Below, piece after piece: positions 1-11,856 of a stretch of 64,000 bases of DNA; the stretch's first letter is position 1, and each line of letters opens with the position of its first letter. Under the pieces are notes generated by a model that was not told the DNA's origin, made no database searches, and worked only from the letters and a program-made list of their open reading frames with translations. Source of the DNA: an uncultured SAR86 cluster bacterium (GTDB taxonomy: Bacteria > Pseudomonadota > Gammaproteobacteria > Magnimaribacterales > D2472). Location of the stretch: positions 5,093 to 69,092 of the forward strand of contig CABXNE010000003.1 of assembly GCA_902513515.1 (NCBI GenBank), written 5' to 3'. A program made the position numbers and the translations under genes.

Positions 1-499
1 ATATTATTATCAGCATGCTCACCGCCATTGATAATATTTAACATTGGAATTGGCATCTGCATATTAGGCTTTTCGCCATTGATATCACCAAAAACTTGAT
101 TAACATATTTGTACAGGGGTAGATCTAATGTTTTTGAGCCTGCGTCCAAGACTGCCAGCGAGACACCTAAAATAGCATTTGCACCAAGCTTTGATTTAGA
201 TGAAGTTCCATCTAGATCAAGCATTTTTTCATCAATCTCCCGTTGATTTGTTACATCCATACCTATTAATGCAGGCGCGATAATTTCGTGAATATTTGTA
301 ACAGCTTTGTTAACACCCTTCCCCATATAAGCTGCATCACCATCTCTGAGCTCTAAAGCCTCTCTAGAGCCAGTAGACGCTCCACTGGGAACCATTGAGA
401 TGGCAGAGATACCATTTTCTAAAATTACCTTACAAGAAACTGTAGGAGTTCCTCTAGAATCTATAACTTGAATAGCTTTAATAGAATGAATGATTGGCA

Positions 500-500
<1 letters not shown>
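1..500 (-). CDS. eno: enolase, N-terminal part (gene runs off left edge)
   Basis: Not in ORF track because truncated. My translation of the minus strand from the ATG at 498-500 gives [55 protein letters not shown]..., the conserved enolase N-terminus. The start overlaps the kdsA stop by 1 nt (TAATG). pyrG-kdsA-eno order. Confidence 0.9.
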
Positions 501-2970
<2,470 letters not shown>

Positions 2971-3024
2971 TTAAGTTATGATGGGAATACAGAATATCAG
3001 ATTCTAGAGCTAATAAAAACTAAC

Positions 3025-4104
3025 TTAGGCAGATTCTTCAAATAAAGGTCTCGATAGATCGGCCCAATCAATATCAGCATCGCTCTTAGATTCAGCGTAT
3101 TCTAAAATACCAAGATCTTCAAATTTTCCTTTTACAGAGTCTCTGAGAAGACCAATTCTTCTTAAATTTGGCATTACTCTTTGAAAAAGTAATTTTTGGA
3201 AATGTTTAGTAATATCTGAATTTAACTGAAACTGCCTTGCATCCTCAGCATCCCAACCAAAATTTTCAAACACATCAGTAGATATAAGCCTTTCTCTGCT
3301 AAGCCAGCAGGCCTCATAAGCAAATTGTGCGCGCTCTTCTTTTTCTTCTTCGGATAGGGTATCAACAAATTCTTCTAAATAATTTATTCCAAAAGTGACG
3401 TGTCTAGCTTCGTCCCTAATAATTAAGCCAAGCATATCTCGTAACACTGGATCCTTAGTTAGCTCTCTTGAAGTTTGAAACGCAGCCAGTGCCAATCCCT
3501 CAATAATAATTTGCATGCCGATAAACTTAAGATCCCATCTTGGATCAGTGAGAATTTTATCTAAAATTGATTTCAAAGCATTGCCAATTGGATACATAAG
3601 CTTTGTTCTTGTTTGAATATACTTATTAAAAGCTTCTACATGCCTAGCTTCATCAAAAGTTTGAGATGCTGCATAGAGTTTTGCATTATAGGTTGGAGCA
3701 CATGATGTAAGTTGAGAAGCAACTAACAACGCTCCTTGCTCTCCATGCAGAAATTGGCTTTGACTCCATGCAATTCGATGAGTTAAAAATTCCACCTTTC
3801 TGTCATCAGAAAATTTTTGATAAGGAGCATAATCATCCCAAAATATTGGAGTTGGTTCAGCTAGTGGTTCAAAAGGTCTGGACCAATCTATATCAACCTC
3901 AACATTCCAATTGAGCTCCTTGCCCAATTCATAGAGCTTTTTGATCCTATTATCTTGAACGGTGTAATCCCAGTTATATGCTCCAGATAATGGAGTGTTA
4001 AAAATTTCCGCAATATCATTAGCAATTTCTTCAGTCATGTATGGAGGTAAATCTTCCTCCAATTGAATTTCTCTAGGATTATTTTTTATGTAATCAATCT
4101 TCAT
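3025..4104 (-). CDS. ferritin-like di-iron carboxylate protein, function unknown (AurF / acyl-ACP-desaturase / R2-like superfamily)
   Basis: 359 aa. Four-helix di-iron ligand pattern E...DEARH...E...DEARH (HGEQGAL, FDEARHVEAF, IIIEGLALAAF, IRDEARHVTFG). Start overlaps the alr stop by 4 nt. Confidence 0.6.
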   Translation of the reverse strand: MKIDYIKNNPREIQLEEDLPPYMTEEIANDIAEIFNTPLSGAYNWDYTVQDNRIKKLYELGKELNWNVEVDIDWSRPFEPLAEPTPIFWDDYAPYQKFSDDRKVEFLTHRIAWSQSQFLHGEQGALLVASQLTSCAPTYNAKLYAASQTFDEARHVEAFNKYIQTRTKLMYPIGNALKSILDKILTDPRWDLKFIGMQIIIEGLALAAFQTSRELTKDPVLRDMLGLIIRDEARHVTFGINYLEEFVDTLSEEEKEERAQFAYEACWLSRERLISTDVFENFGWDAEDARQFQLNSDITKHFQKLLFQRVMPNLRRIGLLRDSVKGKFEDLGILEYAESKSDADIDWADLSRPLFEESA

Positions 4105-5150
4105 ATATTTAAATATTGCCGTTTTACTCTTTGGCTCATTTTGGTCATAAGTTCATAAGAAATCAAATGGTTTTTCTTTGTATTCTCTAAGATTGATAAG
4201 TCAGGAGACCATAATTCACACCAATCTCCGATTTTGCAATCAGGTATTTCTGTAACATCAATCGAGATAAGGTCCATGCTCACTCTCCCAATAATTTGAG
4301 ATAAATGACTATTAACTATTACAGAGGTTCCATCTATAGCTATTTGAGGGAAACCATCCGCATATCCGCAATAGACTATTGCAATTTTAGATGGTGCCTT
4401 AGTTGTAACTCTTCCACCATATCCAATTCTTTCATTTTCATCTAGGGACTGAATAGAGATAATCTGGCTTCTAAATGTCATAGCGGTTTTTAAATCAGGG
4501 TAGTCAATCCCTCCATACATAGCTATTCCTGATCTAACCCAATCATAAGCATGGTCTGGAAAATTAAATATTCCTGCAGAATTTAATACGCTTCTCTGCA
4601 TAGTATTAGTAACTTGATTCCATGCTTGATCAAAATTGCTGAACTGGGTTTTATTTAATTCATCTTCTGGGTTATCTGCGCAAGCTAAATGCGTCATCAA
4701 TGTATTTGAATCCTTAAGGAAAGATTCAAATTTTTCAAGCTCATCAAGTCTAATACCCAGTCTATTCATCCCAGTATTCACTTTGATCCAAAAAGTTAAA
4801 TCGTCTTGATATTGCTTAGCCAAAGGCAATTGAGAAATTGAATGAATAACAGACCAAACATTATGCTGTTTTAGAGAGTCATAAGCATCGGATGAATATA
4901 CACCCTGCATAGCTAAAATTGGCTTTACAGAGGCATTTCTTATCTTAAAAGCCTCTTCCAATCTAACCACACCATATCCATCGATTACACCATCTAGAGC
5001 CTGAATTGTCTTCTCAAGATCATGCCCATACGCATTACTTTTTATAACACCCATGAGCTTGCACTCCTTTGGTAAATTCTTCCTGATTACTTGGATATTA
5101 TTTCTAACAAGCTCATAATCAATTACAAGCTCAGAGTTTGGTTGAATCAT
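4101..5150 (-). CDS. alr: alanine racemase
   Basis: 349 aa. PLP-lysine motif VIKSNAYGHD. dnaB-alr adjacency as in E. coli/Pseudomonas. 4-nt overlap with dnaB. Confidence 0.9.
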   Translation of the reverse strand: MIQPNSELVIDYELVRNNIQVIRKNLPKECKLMGVIKSNAYGHDLEKTIQALDGVIDGYGVVRLEEAFKIRNASVKPILAMQGVYSSDAYDSLKQHNVWSVIHSISQLPLAKQYQDDLTFWIKVNTGMNRLGIRLDELEKFESFLKDSNTLMTHLACADNPEDELNKTQFSNFDQAWNQVTNTMQRSVLNSAGIFNFPDHAYDWVRSGIAMYGGIDYPDLKTAMTFRSQIISIQSLDENERIGYGGRVTTKAPSKIAIVYCGYADGFPQIAIDGTSVIVNSHLSQIIGRVSMDLISIDVTEIPDCKIGDWCELWSPDLSILENTKKNHLISYELMTKMSQRVKRQYLNI

Positions 5151-6517
5151 TGTATCGAATCGTAATAACTATCAACTGCGAAGTCTTCAAATCTAGTGTA
5201 TTCTTTTAAGAAAGTAAGATTTACTTTCCCAATCGGTCCATTTCTCTGCTTGCCAATAATAATTTCTGCCTTGTTTCCCTCTTCAGAGTCTTCGTTGTAA
5301 ACCTCATCTCTATAAATAAATAAAATTACGTCTGCATCTTGCTCAATGGCACCTGAATCTCTTAAATCAGCCATAATAGGTCTTTTGTTGGGCCTTTGTT
5401 CTACAGCTCGATTTAATTGAGATAATGCAACGACAGGAACATTTAATTCTTTTGCAAGCATTTTTAAAGATCGAGAAATTTCAGAAATTTGATTTACTCT
5501 ATTTTCTTGAGAGGCAGGTATTTGCATTAACTGAAGGTAATCAACAACTATTAGAGAGAGTCCATTAGGTTCCTGTCTAGCAATTCTTCTAGCTCTTGCT
5601 CGCAACTCCATAGGTGAGAGCATTGAGCTATCATCTATGTAAAGAGGTAAATCTTTTAATTTGGAAGATGATTCCATAAACTTCTTAAGATCAGCTTGAT
5701 TCATTGATGCTGCTCTTACTTTTTGTTGATCAATTTTAGCATTGCTCGCTAGCAATCTAGTTGTCAATGACTCAGCTGGCATCTCAAGACTAAAAACTAA
5801 TACGCCACCATGAATATCTTTATTTAGAACAAAATTTTCAACAATATTCATACTTAAAGCTGTTTTACCCATACTTGGCCTAGCAGCAACAATTATTAAA
5901 TCTCCGTCTTGTAATCCCTGTAATTTACTATCTAGATCCTTGTAGCCTGTAGATGCTCCAAGCAAAGAAGATCCATTTTTTGCAATTTCATTCATTCTCT
6001 CAATTGATTGAGGAATAAGCTCATCTAACTTCTGAATATTAGTCGACGTTCTGCTAGCCTCGTCATTAAGTGAAAAAATTTTTGTTTCAGCCTCATCAAG
6101 TAATTCAGCTGCGTCTTTGCCTTGAGGGTTGATAATAAGTTCAGAAATCTCTGAGTTAATTTTCATTAACCTTCTTGAGATAGATTTCTGCCTAATCAGT
6201 CCAGCATAAGCTTCTAGATTTGCTGCAGATGGGCTTGTAGAGGCTAAGTCAATTAAATAATTTTTTCCGCCTGCTCTGGTAAGAAGATTTTTACTATCAA
6301 GTCGGTCTGAAACTGTTAAAGGATCTAGGGGTTTATTGGAATTAACAAGCTCGCCCATGGACTGAAAGATATTTTGATGGTCTTGACCCTCAAAATCGGT
6401 GAATTCAATAATTTCGCTTACAGCATCATATCTTTCTGTTTCAAGCATTAACCCGCCCAGAATAGCTCTTTCAAGCTCTCTGACTTGCTCTGTATTTTCT
6501 ATTGATTTGGTAGACAT
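5147..6517 (-). CDS. dnaB: replicative DNA helicase
   Basis: 456 aa. Walker A ARPSMGKTAL, DYLQLM, RDSGAIEQDADV. No intein-sized insertion. Confidence 0.97.
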   Translation of the reverse strand: MSTKSIENTEQVRELERAILGGLMLETERYDAVSEIIEFTDFEGQDHQNIFQSMGELVNSNKPLDPLTVSDRLDSKNLLTRAGGKNYLIDLASTSPSAANLEAYAGLIRQKSISRRLMKINSEISELIINPQGKDAAELLDEAETKIFSLNDEASRTSTNIQKLDELIPQSIERMNEIAKNGSSLLGASTGYKDLDSKLQGLQDGDLIIVAARPSMGKTALSMNIVENFVLNKDIHGGVLVFSLEMPAESLTTRLLASNAKIDQQKVRAASMNQADLKKFMESSSKLKDLPLYIDDSSMLSPMELRARARRIARQEPNGLSLIVVDYLQLMQIPASQENRVNQISEISRSLKMLAKELNVPVVALSQLNRAVEQRPNKRPIMADLRDSGAIEQDADVILFIYRDEVYNEDSEEGNKAEIIIGKQRNGPIGKVNLTFLKEYTRFEDFAVDSYYDSIQ

Positions 6518-6553
6518 AAATATGATTCTTACATCATATTATTAAGATAACAA

Positions 6554-7000
6554 CTACTCAGGCTGAACAGATACCTCAACAACACATGAAACTTCAGGAT
6601 GGAATAATAGAGTGATTGAATAATCTCCAAGCTCTTTTAAAGGCCCATCGGGTAATTGAATAACACTTTTATCTACGGCAAGGTCAATTTCACTAAATGC
6701 ATCTGAGATTTCTCTAGTTCCAACTGAACCGTACAATGCGCCCTCCTCAGTTACTTGGACCTTAATCTCAATCTTAGCTCCAGACACTGCATCAGCTTTC
6801 CCTTGAGCATTTGCCATCTCATCAGCTGAGGCTGCCGCTAGTTCTGCTTTCCTGCTCTCAACATACTGGAGGTTTTCATCAGAAGCGAACATGGCTTTCT
6901 TTTTAGGAATAAGAAAATTTCTGGCATGTCCTGATCTCACTTCCACAACATCTCCAATTTCACCTAATTTTTGGATTTTATCTAAAAGTATAATTTTCAT
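6554..7000 (-). CDS. rplI: 50S ribosomal protein L9
   Basis: 148 aa. MKIILLDKIQKLGEIGDVVEV...ARNFLIPKKKA is the typical L9 N-domain. Confidence 0.95.
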   Translation of the reverse strand: MKIILLDKIQKLGEIGDVVEVRSGHARNFLIPKKKAMFASDENLQYVESRKAELAAASADEMANAQGKADAVSGAKIEIKVQVTEEGALYGSVGTREISDAFSEIDLAVDKSVIQLPDGPLKELGDYSITLLFHPEVSCVVEVSVQPE

Positions 7001-7003
7001 AAT

Positions 7004-7195
7004 TTATCTGTGAGAATCTGTGTATGGGAGTAAAGCTAAAAAGCGAGCAATCTTAATTGCTTTTGTTAATTTTCTCTGCTCAGAAGCACTGATATTAGAA
7101 ACTCTTGCAGGTATGATTTTTCCTGTCTCAGTAATATACCTTCTTAAGAGATCAATATTCTTATAATTAAAATTTTTGTTATTAGATTCTGTCAT
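7004..7195 (-). CDS. rpsR: 30S ribosomal protein S18 (N-terminally short, 63 aa)
   Basis: [13 protein letters not shown]...[18 protein letters not shown] matches the S18 core. The start overlaps the rpsF stop by 1 nt. Confidence 0.93.
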   Translation of the reverse strand: MTESNNKNFNYKNIDLLRRYITETGKIIPARVSNISASEQRKLTKAIKIARFLALLPYTDSHR

Positions 7196-7635
7196 TATTC
7201 ACCATCCTTTGATTCTTCTTCAGCAACAGGCTCATCAGCATTATTTTTTTCTACTGGTGCGGCTTTTGGTTTCTCTTGACTCTGTTCTTCTTCTTGAGGA
7301 GCTTTTTTTGCCTCCCTTGATTCTACAAGCAAAAATGAATCCTCTATAGATTGAGAATCAAGCTTTAATAAAAGGTGACGTATCACAGAAGTATCATACT
7401 TTAATTTAGATTCAAGCTCTAAAGCAGACTCTGATAGCCCTTCTATCTGCAAAATAGCATAATGTCCTTTGTTGTGATTAAGGATGCTGTATGCTAGCTG
7501 CCTACGACCAATGTTCTCAAGTTTGTTAATTTTGAAATTGATATCAGTCAAAGTCTTTTCAAGCTTAGTTTGAAATTCATCAAACTTAGTAGATAAGTCA
7601 GGATTGAGTATTAAGGTTAATTCGTAATTATTCAT
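7195..7635 (-). CDS. rpsF: 30S ribosomal protein S6 (acidic C-terminal tail)
   Basis: 146 aa. [32 protein letters not shown]. Good SD (AAGGAAAAACATG). Confidence 0.95.
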   Translation of the reverse strand: MNNYELTLILNPDLSTKFDEFQTKLEKTLTDINFKINKLENIGRRQLAYSILNHNKGHYAILQIEGLSESALELESKLKYDTSVIRHLLLKLDSQSIEDSFLLVESREAKKAPQEEEQSQEKPKAAPVEKNNADEPVAEEESKDGE

Positions 7636-7715
7636 GTTTTTCCTTATGGGTTAGTAGATTTTTTGAACATCAAAAAACCAAGGAGCGTGAATTCTATGAC
7701 AAATACATCTAGCAA

Positions 7716-8945
7716 TCAATAATTATTTTTGAAGAAGCCAAAAACTTTATCAAAAAAGCTTTTATTGTTTTCTAGTGTATAGCCTTGTTTAATCTGATCA
7801 AAACCAAAACCTACTAAACCTATAGCAGTAGCATATATTGGATTTTTTAGCACAGACTCCATTCCATTAAATTTTTCTGGAATTCCTAGTCTTACACTTG
7901 TTTGGAAGATAGACTCAGCCAGAGCAACAGCCCCTTCCATCTTTGAGGTGCCGCCTGTCAGCACAATCCCCGCAGGAATTTTATTTTCGAAACCATTACG
8001 TTTAATTTCTGCTTTTACTAAATCAAAAAGCTCAACATATCTTGGCTCAATGATTTCAGCCAATGATCGTCTTGATAAGTCCTCTGGAGGTCTGCCCCCA
8101 ACCCTCATTACTTCTAAGGTTTCTCCGTCTTGTGTAAGTTCTGCTGCAGCACAACCATGCTTTTGCTTAATATCCTCTGCTTGAGCAGTGGGAGTTCTCA
8201 ACGCAACGGCTATATCACTCGTTACTTGATCACCTGCTATGGGAATAACTCCAGTAAATGATATTGAACCAGAGTTAAATACTGCGATATCTGTAGTCCC
8301 TCCCCCGATATCCACCAAACAAACTCCAAGCTCTTTTTCATCCTCCGATAAAACTGAATATGAACTTGCTAGCTGCTCTAAAACAAAACCATCTACACCA
8401 ATTCCGCATCGTTTAACACATTTTTCTATGTTTTGAGTAGCATTATTAGCGCAAGTCACCAAATGAACATGAGATTCCAGCCTTACACCAGACATTCCAA
8501 GTGGTTCTCTGATTGAGTCCTGATTATCAATAACATATTCTTGTGGAAGAACATGCAGAACTCTTTGATCTGATGGAATTGCGACTGCTTGGGCTGCTTC
8601 AATTACTCTATCTATGTCGCTTGCCTCAACTTCTTTATCTTTGATGCCTACTATTCCATGAGAATTTAAACTTCGAATATGATTGCCTGCAATCCCAACA
8701 TATACATTTTTAATTTTCCCTTCAAATGAAGCTTGCGCCTGATCAATAGATTTTTGAATTGCATCTGTGGTTGCATCAATATTTACTACAACCCCTTTTT
8801 TAAGACCACTAGATGGGTAAGATCCCATAGAAATAACTTCTATAGAATGCTGATCAACATACTTACCGATAATGCAAACAACTTTTGAGGTTCCAATATC
8901 TAATCCGACAACATAGTCAGAATCTTTCGTTCCATTATTTGCCAT
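7716..8945 (-). CDS. ftsA: cell division protein FtsA
   Basis: 409 aa actin-fold protein. VGLDIGTSKV, DIGGGTTDIAV, C-terminal amphipathic helix FFDKVFGFFKNNY. Follows ftsQ. Confidence 0.96.
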   Translation of the reverse strand: MANNGTKDSDYVVGLDIGTSKVVCIIGKYVDQHSIEVISMGSYPSSGLKKGVVVNIDATTDAIQKSIDQAQASFEGKIKNVYVGIAGNHIRSLNSHGIVGIKDKEVEASDIDRVIEAAQAVAIPSDQRVLHVLPQEYVIDNQDSIREPLGMSGVRLESHVHLVTCANNATQNIEKCVKRCGIGVDGFVLEQLASSYSVLSEDEKELGVCLVDIGGGTTDIAVFNSGSISFTGVIPIAGDQVTSDIAVALRTPTAQAEDIKQKHGCAAAELTQDGETLEVMRVGGRPPEDLSRRSLAEIIEPRYVELFDLVKAEIKRNGFENKIPAGIVLTGGTSKMEGAVALAESIFQTSVRLGIPEKFNGMESVLKNPIYATAIGLVGFGFDQIKQGYTLENNKSFFDKVFGFFKNNY

Positions 8946-9570
8946 AATTTAAAGCCGCTCCATCTTTATATCTTAAATCAATAATACTAGGAGTTAAGTT
9001 TTTTTCGAAAATATATTTCAAGGCTAACGAAAGTTTTTTAAATATTCTAGACGAGAGATCAGAGCCTATATTTATTCGTAAATTATTTTTAGTGTGAAAA
9101 TACCAGCCCTCTGCTTCAGAGTAAGAAACAGAAGAAATTTTTAGATTGAAAGCTTCAGCTACTTCAAAAATCTTATCTTCAACTTTTAACCATTCATCAA
9201 CCAATTCAATTGGCATATCTAGGTGAACTAAATGAGGATACTCGCCAAAATATAAAAACTTACTTAAATTTCTATCTAGATAAAACTGTTCATTCCAAAT
9301 ATATTTTGGTTCTTTGGATTTAATAAATATTTCTAATGGTTTAAATGCATGCCGTTTAATTAAATAGGTATCAATCCAGTTCTGATTGTTAAGAAATTCC
9401 GATAGATTTCTTTTAGGTATATGATTTTGGAGATTTATAACTAGCTCCTGTTCTTGTTTTAAGGTCGGTGGGTTTTCAAACACAATTGTTACTTCTTGAT
9501 CATTATTAACTGTACAACTAAAGAATAGAGGCAATAAGATAAAAAAAAAGAATTTTTTTCTAGTAACCAT
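8935..9570 (-). CDS. ftsQ: cell division protein FtsQ (short, 211 aa)
   Basis: Single N-terminal TM segment (FFFFILLPLFF) followed by a POTRA-like region. Sits between ddl and ftsA with overlaps on both sides. The call is mainly positional. Confidence 0.75.
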   Translation of the reverse strand: MVTRKKFFFFILLPLFFSCTVNNDQEVTIVFENPPTLKQEQELVINLQNHIPKRNLSEFLNNQNWIDTYLIKRHAFKPLEIFIKSKEPKYIWNEQFYLDRNLSKFLYFGEYPHLVHLDMPIELVDEWLKVEDKIFEVAEAFNLKISSVSYSEAEGWYFHTKNNLRINIGSDLSSRIFKKLSLALKYIFEKNLTPSIIDLRYKDGAALNYGK

Positions 9571-10474
9571 TAATAATTTCTTGGACTAAGTCATCGTAAG
9601 AAAGCCCAACAGACTCTGCAGATTTAGGGAAAAGGCTATGAGATGTCATGCCAGGGACTGTATTGATCTCAAGTACATAAAAATTGCTATGCCTATCTGC
9701 CAAAAGATCAACTCTCGCCCAACCCTCGCAACCAGAAACATTATGCGTCTTTAAACAAATTTCCTTAAGAGAGCTTTGCTTTTCAGTTGAAAGCTTGAGC
9801 TTTGTAAGTTGCGTATCTTCATTTACATATTTTGCATTAAAGTTATAAAAAGATTCAGGAGTCCGTATCTCAACAGCAGGTAGACATCTTCCATTGAGAA
9901 TTGGCACAGTTAATTCTTGATAATCTATACTTTCTTCAAAGATAAACGGTCTTTTAGAATCTACACAATTGGCAATAGCTTTATCCAAATCGCTATCATC
10001 CGAGATCTTAAAAACATCAATACTAGATCCATCTTCTGCGGGCTTCAAAAACAATTCATCAAAAGGTCTCAAAGGATCAAATAAAGTATCATCTAATCCA
10101 TTTTGCATTTCAGAAAGTGATGAAACAGTGATCCATTTTGGAGTAGGAATTTTGTTTTCTTTTAGAAGCTCTTTACATGTATTTTTGTTCCAAGTATTTT
10201 CACACGCTTGATAGTTGCTCCCAGAGTATGGAATGCCTTTCTTATGCAGTAGCTTCTGCAATTCTCCAGACTCACCATCTTTTCCATGAAGGGCAATAAA
10301 AATAAAATCTTCTTCTGTAAAACTATCAAGTAAAAATTTTTTCGGGTAGTCAATTAACTCAGCCTTATATCCTAGATTTTTTATTGATTTAAAAATATAT
10401 TTTCCACTTTCTAAGGAAACTTGACGCTCTGATGATAAACCACCATATAAAACTGTTATTTTATTTATTGCCAC
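9560..10474 (-). CDS. ddl: D-alanine--D-alanine ligase
   Basis: 304 aa. VLYGGLSSERQVSLESG, ALHGKDGESG, ATP-grasp C-terminal LEINTVPGMT. Confidence 0.95.
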   Translation of the reverse strand: MAINKITVLYGGLSSERQVSLESGKYIFKSIKNLGYKAELIDYPKKFLLDSFTEEDFIFIALHGKDGESGELQKLLHKKGIPYSGSNYQACENTWNKNTCKELLKENKIPTPKWITVSSLSEMQNGLDDTLFDPLRPFDELFLKPAEDGSSIDVFKISDDSDLDKAIANCVDSKRPFIFEESIDYQELTVPILNGRCLPAVEIRTPESFYNFNAKYVNEDTQLTKLKLSTEKQSSLKEICLKTHNVSGCEGWARVDLLADRHSNFYVLEINTVPGMTSHSLFPKSAESVGLSYDDLVQEIINGY

Positions 10475-11856
10475 TTTTCTTTAATCTCATTATTTAGTTT
10501 TGAGATTGTCCCAGCGCCTTGAGTAATTAATATTGAGAAATTTTGATTGTTTTTTTCAAGCCAAGTTATTGGGTCTTGATTTCCAAAATAGTGAGCATTT
10601 TTATGTTTTTTTGCTATCTGAGAAATAAGTTTCTTAGACGAAACACCTCTAATGGGTTTTTCACTTGCAGGGTATATATCTAATAACAATAAACAATCAA
10701 CTTTTGAAAGGACTCTTTTAAAATCATTGAAAAGTTGTTGTGTTCTAGTATATCTATGTGGTTCAAATATCATACATATCTTCTTACGAGGAAATTTTTC
10801 TCGAGTTGCAAGAATTGTTGCTTCAATTTCAGCAGGATGGTGACCATAGTCATCTATGAGAATATGAGGCTGGTTAGAGAAATAAAGTTTTGAAAGCTCG
10901 AATCTTCTTCCCACTCCTTTAAAATCATTCAATCCCTTGGATATATTTTTAACAGATATATTTTCCTCTAAAGCTACACATACAGCTGCAGTAACATTAT
11001 AAAGATTATGTTTACCGTTTAAATTAGTAGAAAATTTATAACTCTTTTTATTAAAGTGATCAATCAATGTAAATTTTTGAACTCCGTTGGCTCTCGTAAC
11101 ATTAACAATTTGAAATCTATTTTTTGCAGTAAAACCAAAGGTAATTTGTTTCCTGTGAATATTTTTAGAGATTTTACGAATATTTAAATCGTCTAAATTA
11201 AGCAAGATATGACCATAAAAAGGAAGATTTTCTGCAAAGTTAATAAAAGACTGATTTAATTTTTCCTGACTAGATTCATAAAAAATTAGATGGTCGTTAT
11301 CAATATTAGTAATCACTGCAACTTCTGGCTGCAGGTGTAAAAAAGAGCCGTCACTTTCATCAGCTTCAACAATAATATAATTCCCTTCACCAAGGTTAGA
11401 GCTTCTGCCAATACTGAGAACTTGACCCCCAACAACATAAGTAGGGCTTAAATTTGCTGCATTAAAAATACTTGCAATGATGCTTGTTGTTGATGTCTTG
11501 CCGTGGCTCCCAGCAACAGCAATACTCCGATAAGGCTTCATTAACGTTCCCAACATCTCAGCTCTTGGAATAATTGTTAACCTTGATTTTTTAGCATACT
11601 GTAGCTCAGGATTTCTTTTAGAAATGGCTGACGATGCAACAACTAAATCTGCATTTTTTATGTGCTTGGGTTCATGTCCTATTTGCACTTTTGCACCAAG
11701 TCTTTTTAATTCATTAAGCTCATCTGTGAGAACAAGATCAGAGCCTGTAACTTTGAAACCACGTTTCTGAAGAATAGTTGCAACGCCGATCATTCCAGAT
11801 CCACCAATGCCGATCATGTGAATTTTTTTAAACTGTTGAAATCCTAGTGATGTCAT
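10465..11856 (-). CDS. murC: UDP-N-acetylmuramate--L-alanine ligase
   Basis: 463 aa. IGIGGSGM, GSHGKTSTTS, DDYGHHP. Confidence 0.96.
   Translation of the reverse strand: MTSLGFQQFKKIHMIGIGGSGMIGVATILQKRGFKVTGSDLVLTDELNELKRLGAKVQIGHEPKHIKNADLVVASSAISKRNPELQYAKKSRLTIIPRAEMLGTLMKPYRSIAVAGSHGKTSTTSIIASIFNAANLSPTYVVGGQVLSIGRSSNLGEGNYIIVEADESDGSFLHLQPEVAVITNIDNDHLIFYESSQEKLNQSFINFAENLPFYGHILLNLDDLNIRKISKNIHRKQITFGFTAKNRFQIVNVTRANGVQKFTLIDHFNKKSYKFSTNLNGKHNLYNVTAAVCVALEENISVKNISKGLNDFKGVGRRFELSKLYFSNQPHILIDDYGHHPAEIEATILATREKFPRKKICMIFEPHRYTRTQQLFNDFKRVLSKVDCLLLLDIYPASEKPIRGVSSKKLISQIAKKHKNAHYFGNQDPITWLEKNNQNFSILITQGAGTISKLNNEIKEKWQ

Noticed and set aside
7004-7635. Absence of priB (or ssb) between rpsF and rpsR
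   Set aside because: E. coli has rpsF-priB-rpsR-rplI. As far as I recall, Pseudomonas-type genomes, whose synteny this window follows, have rpsF directly followed by rpsR. This is a lineage-typical arrangement, not an anomaly.
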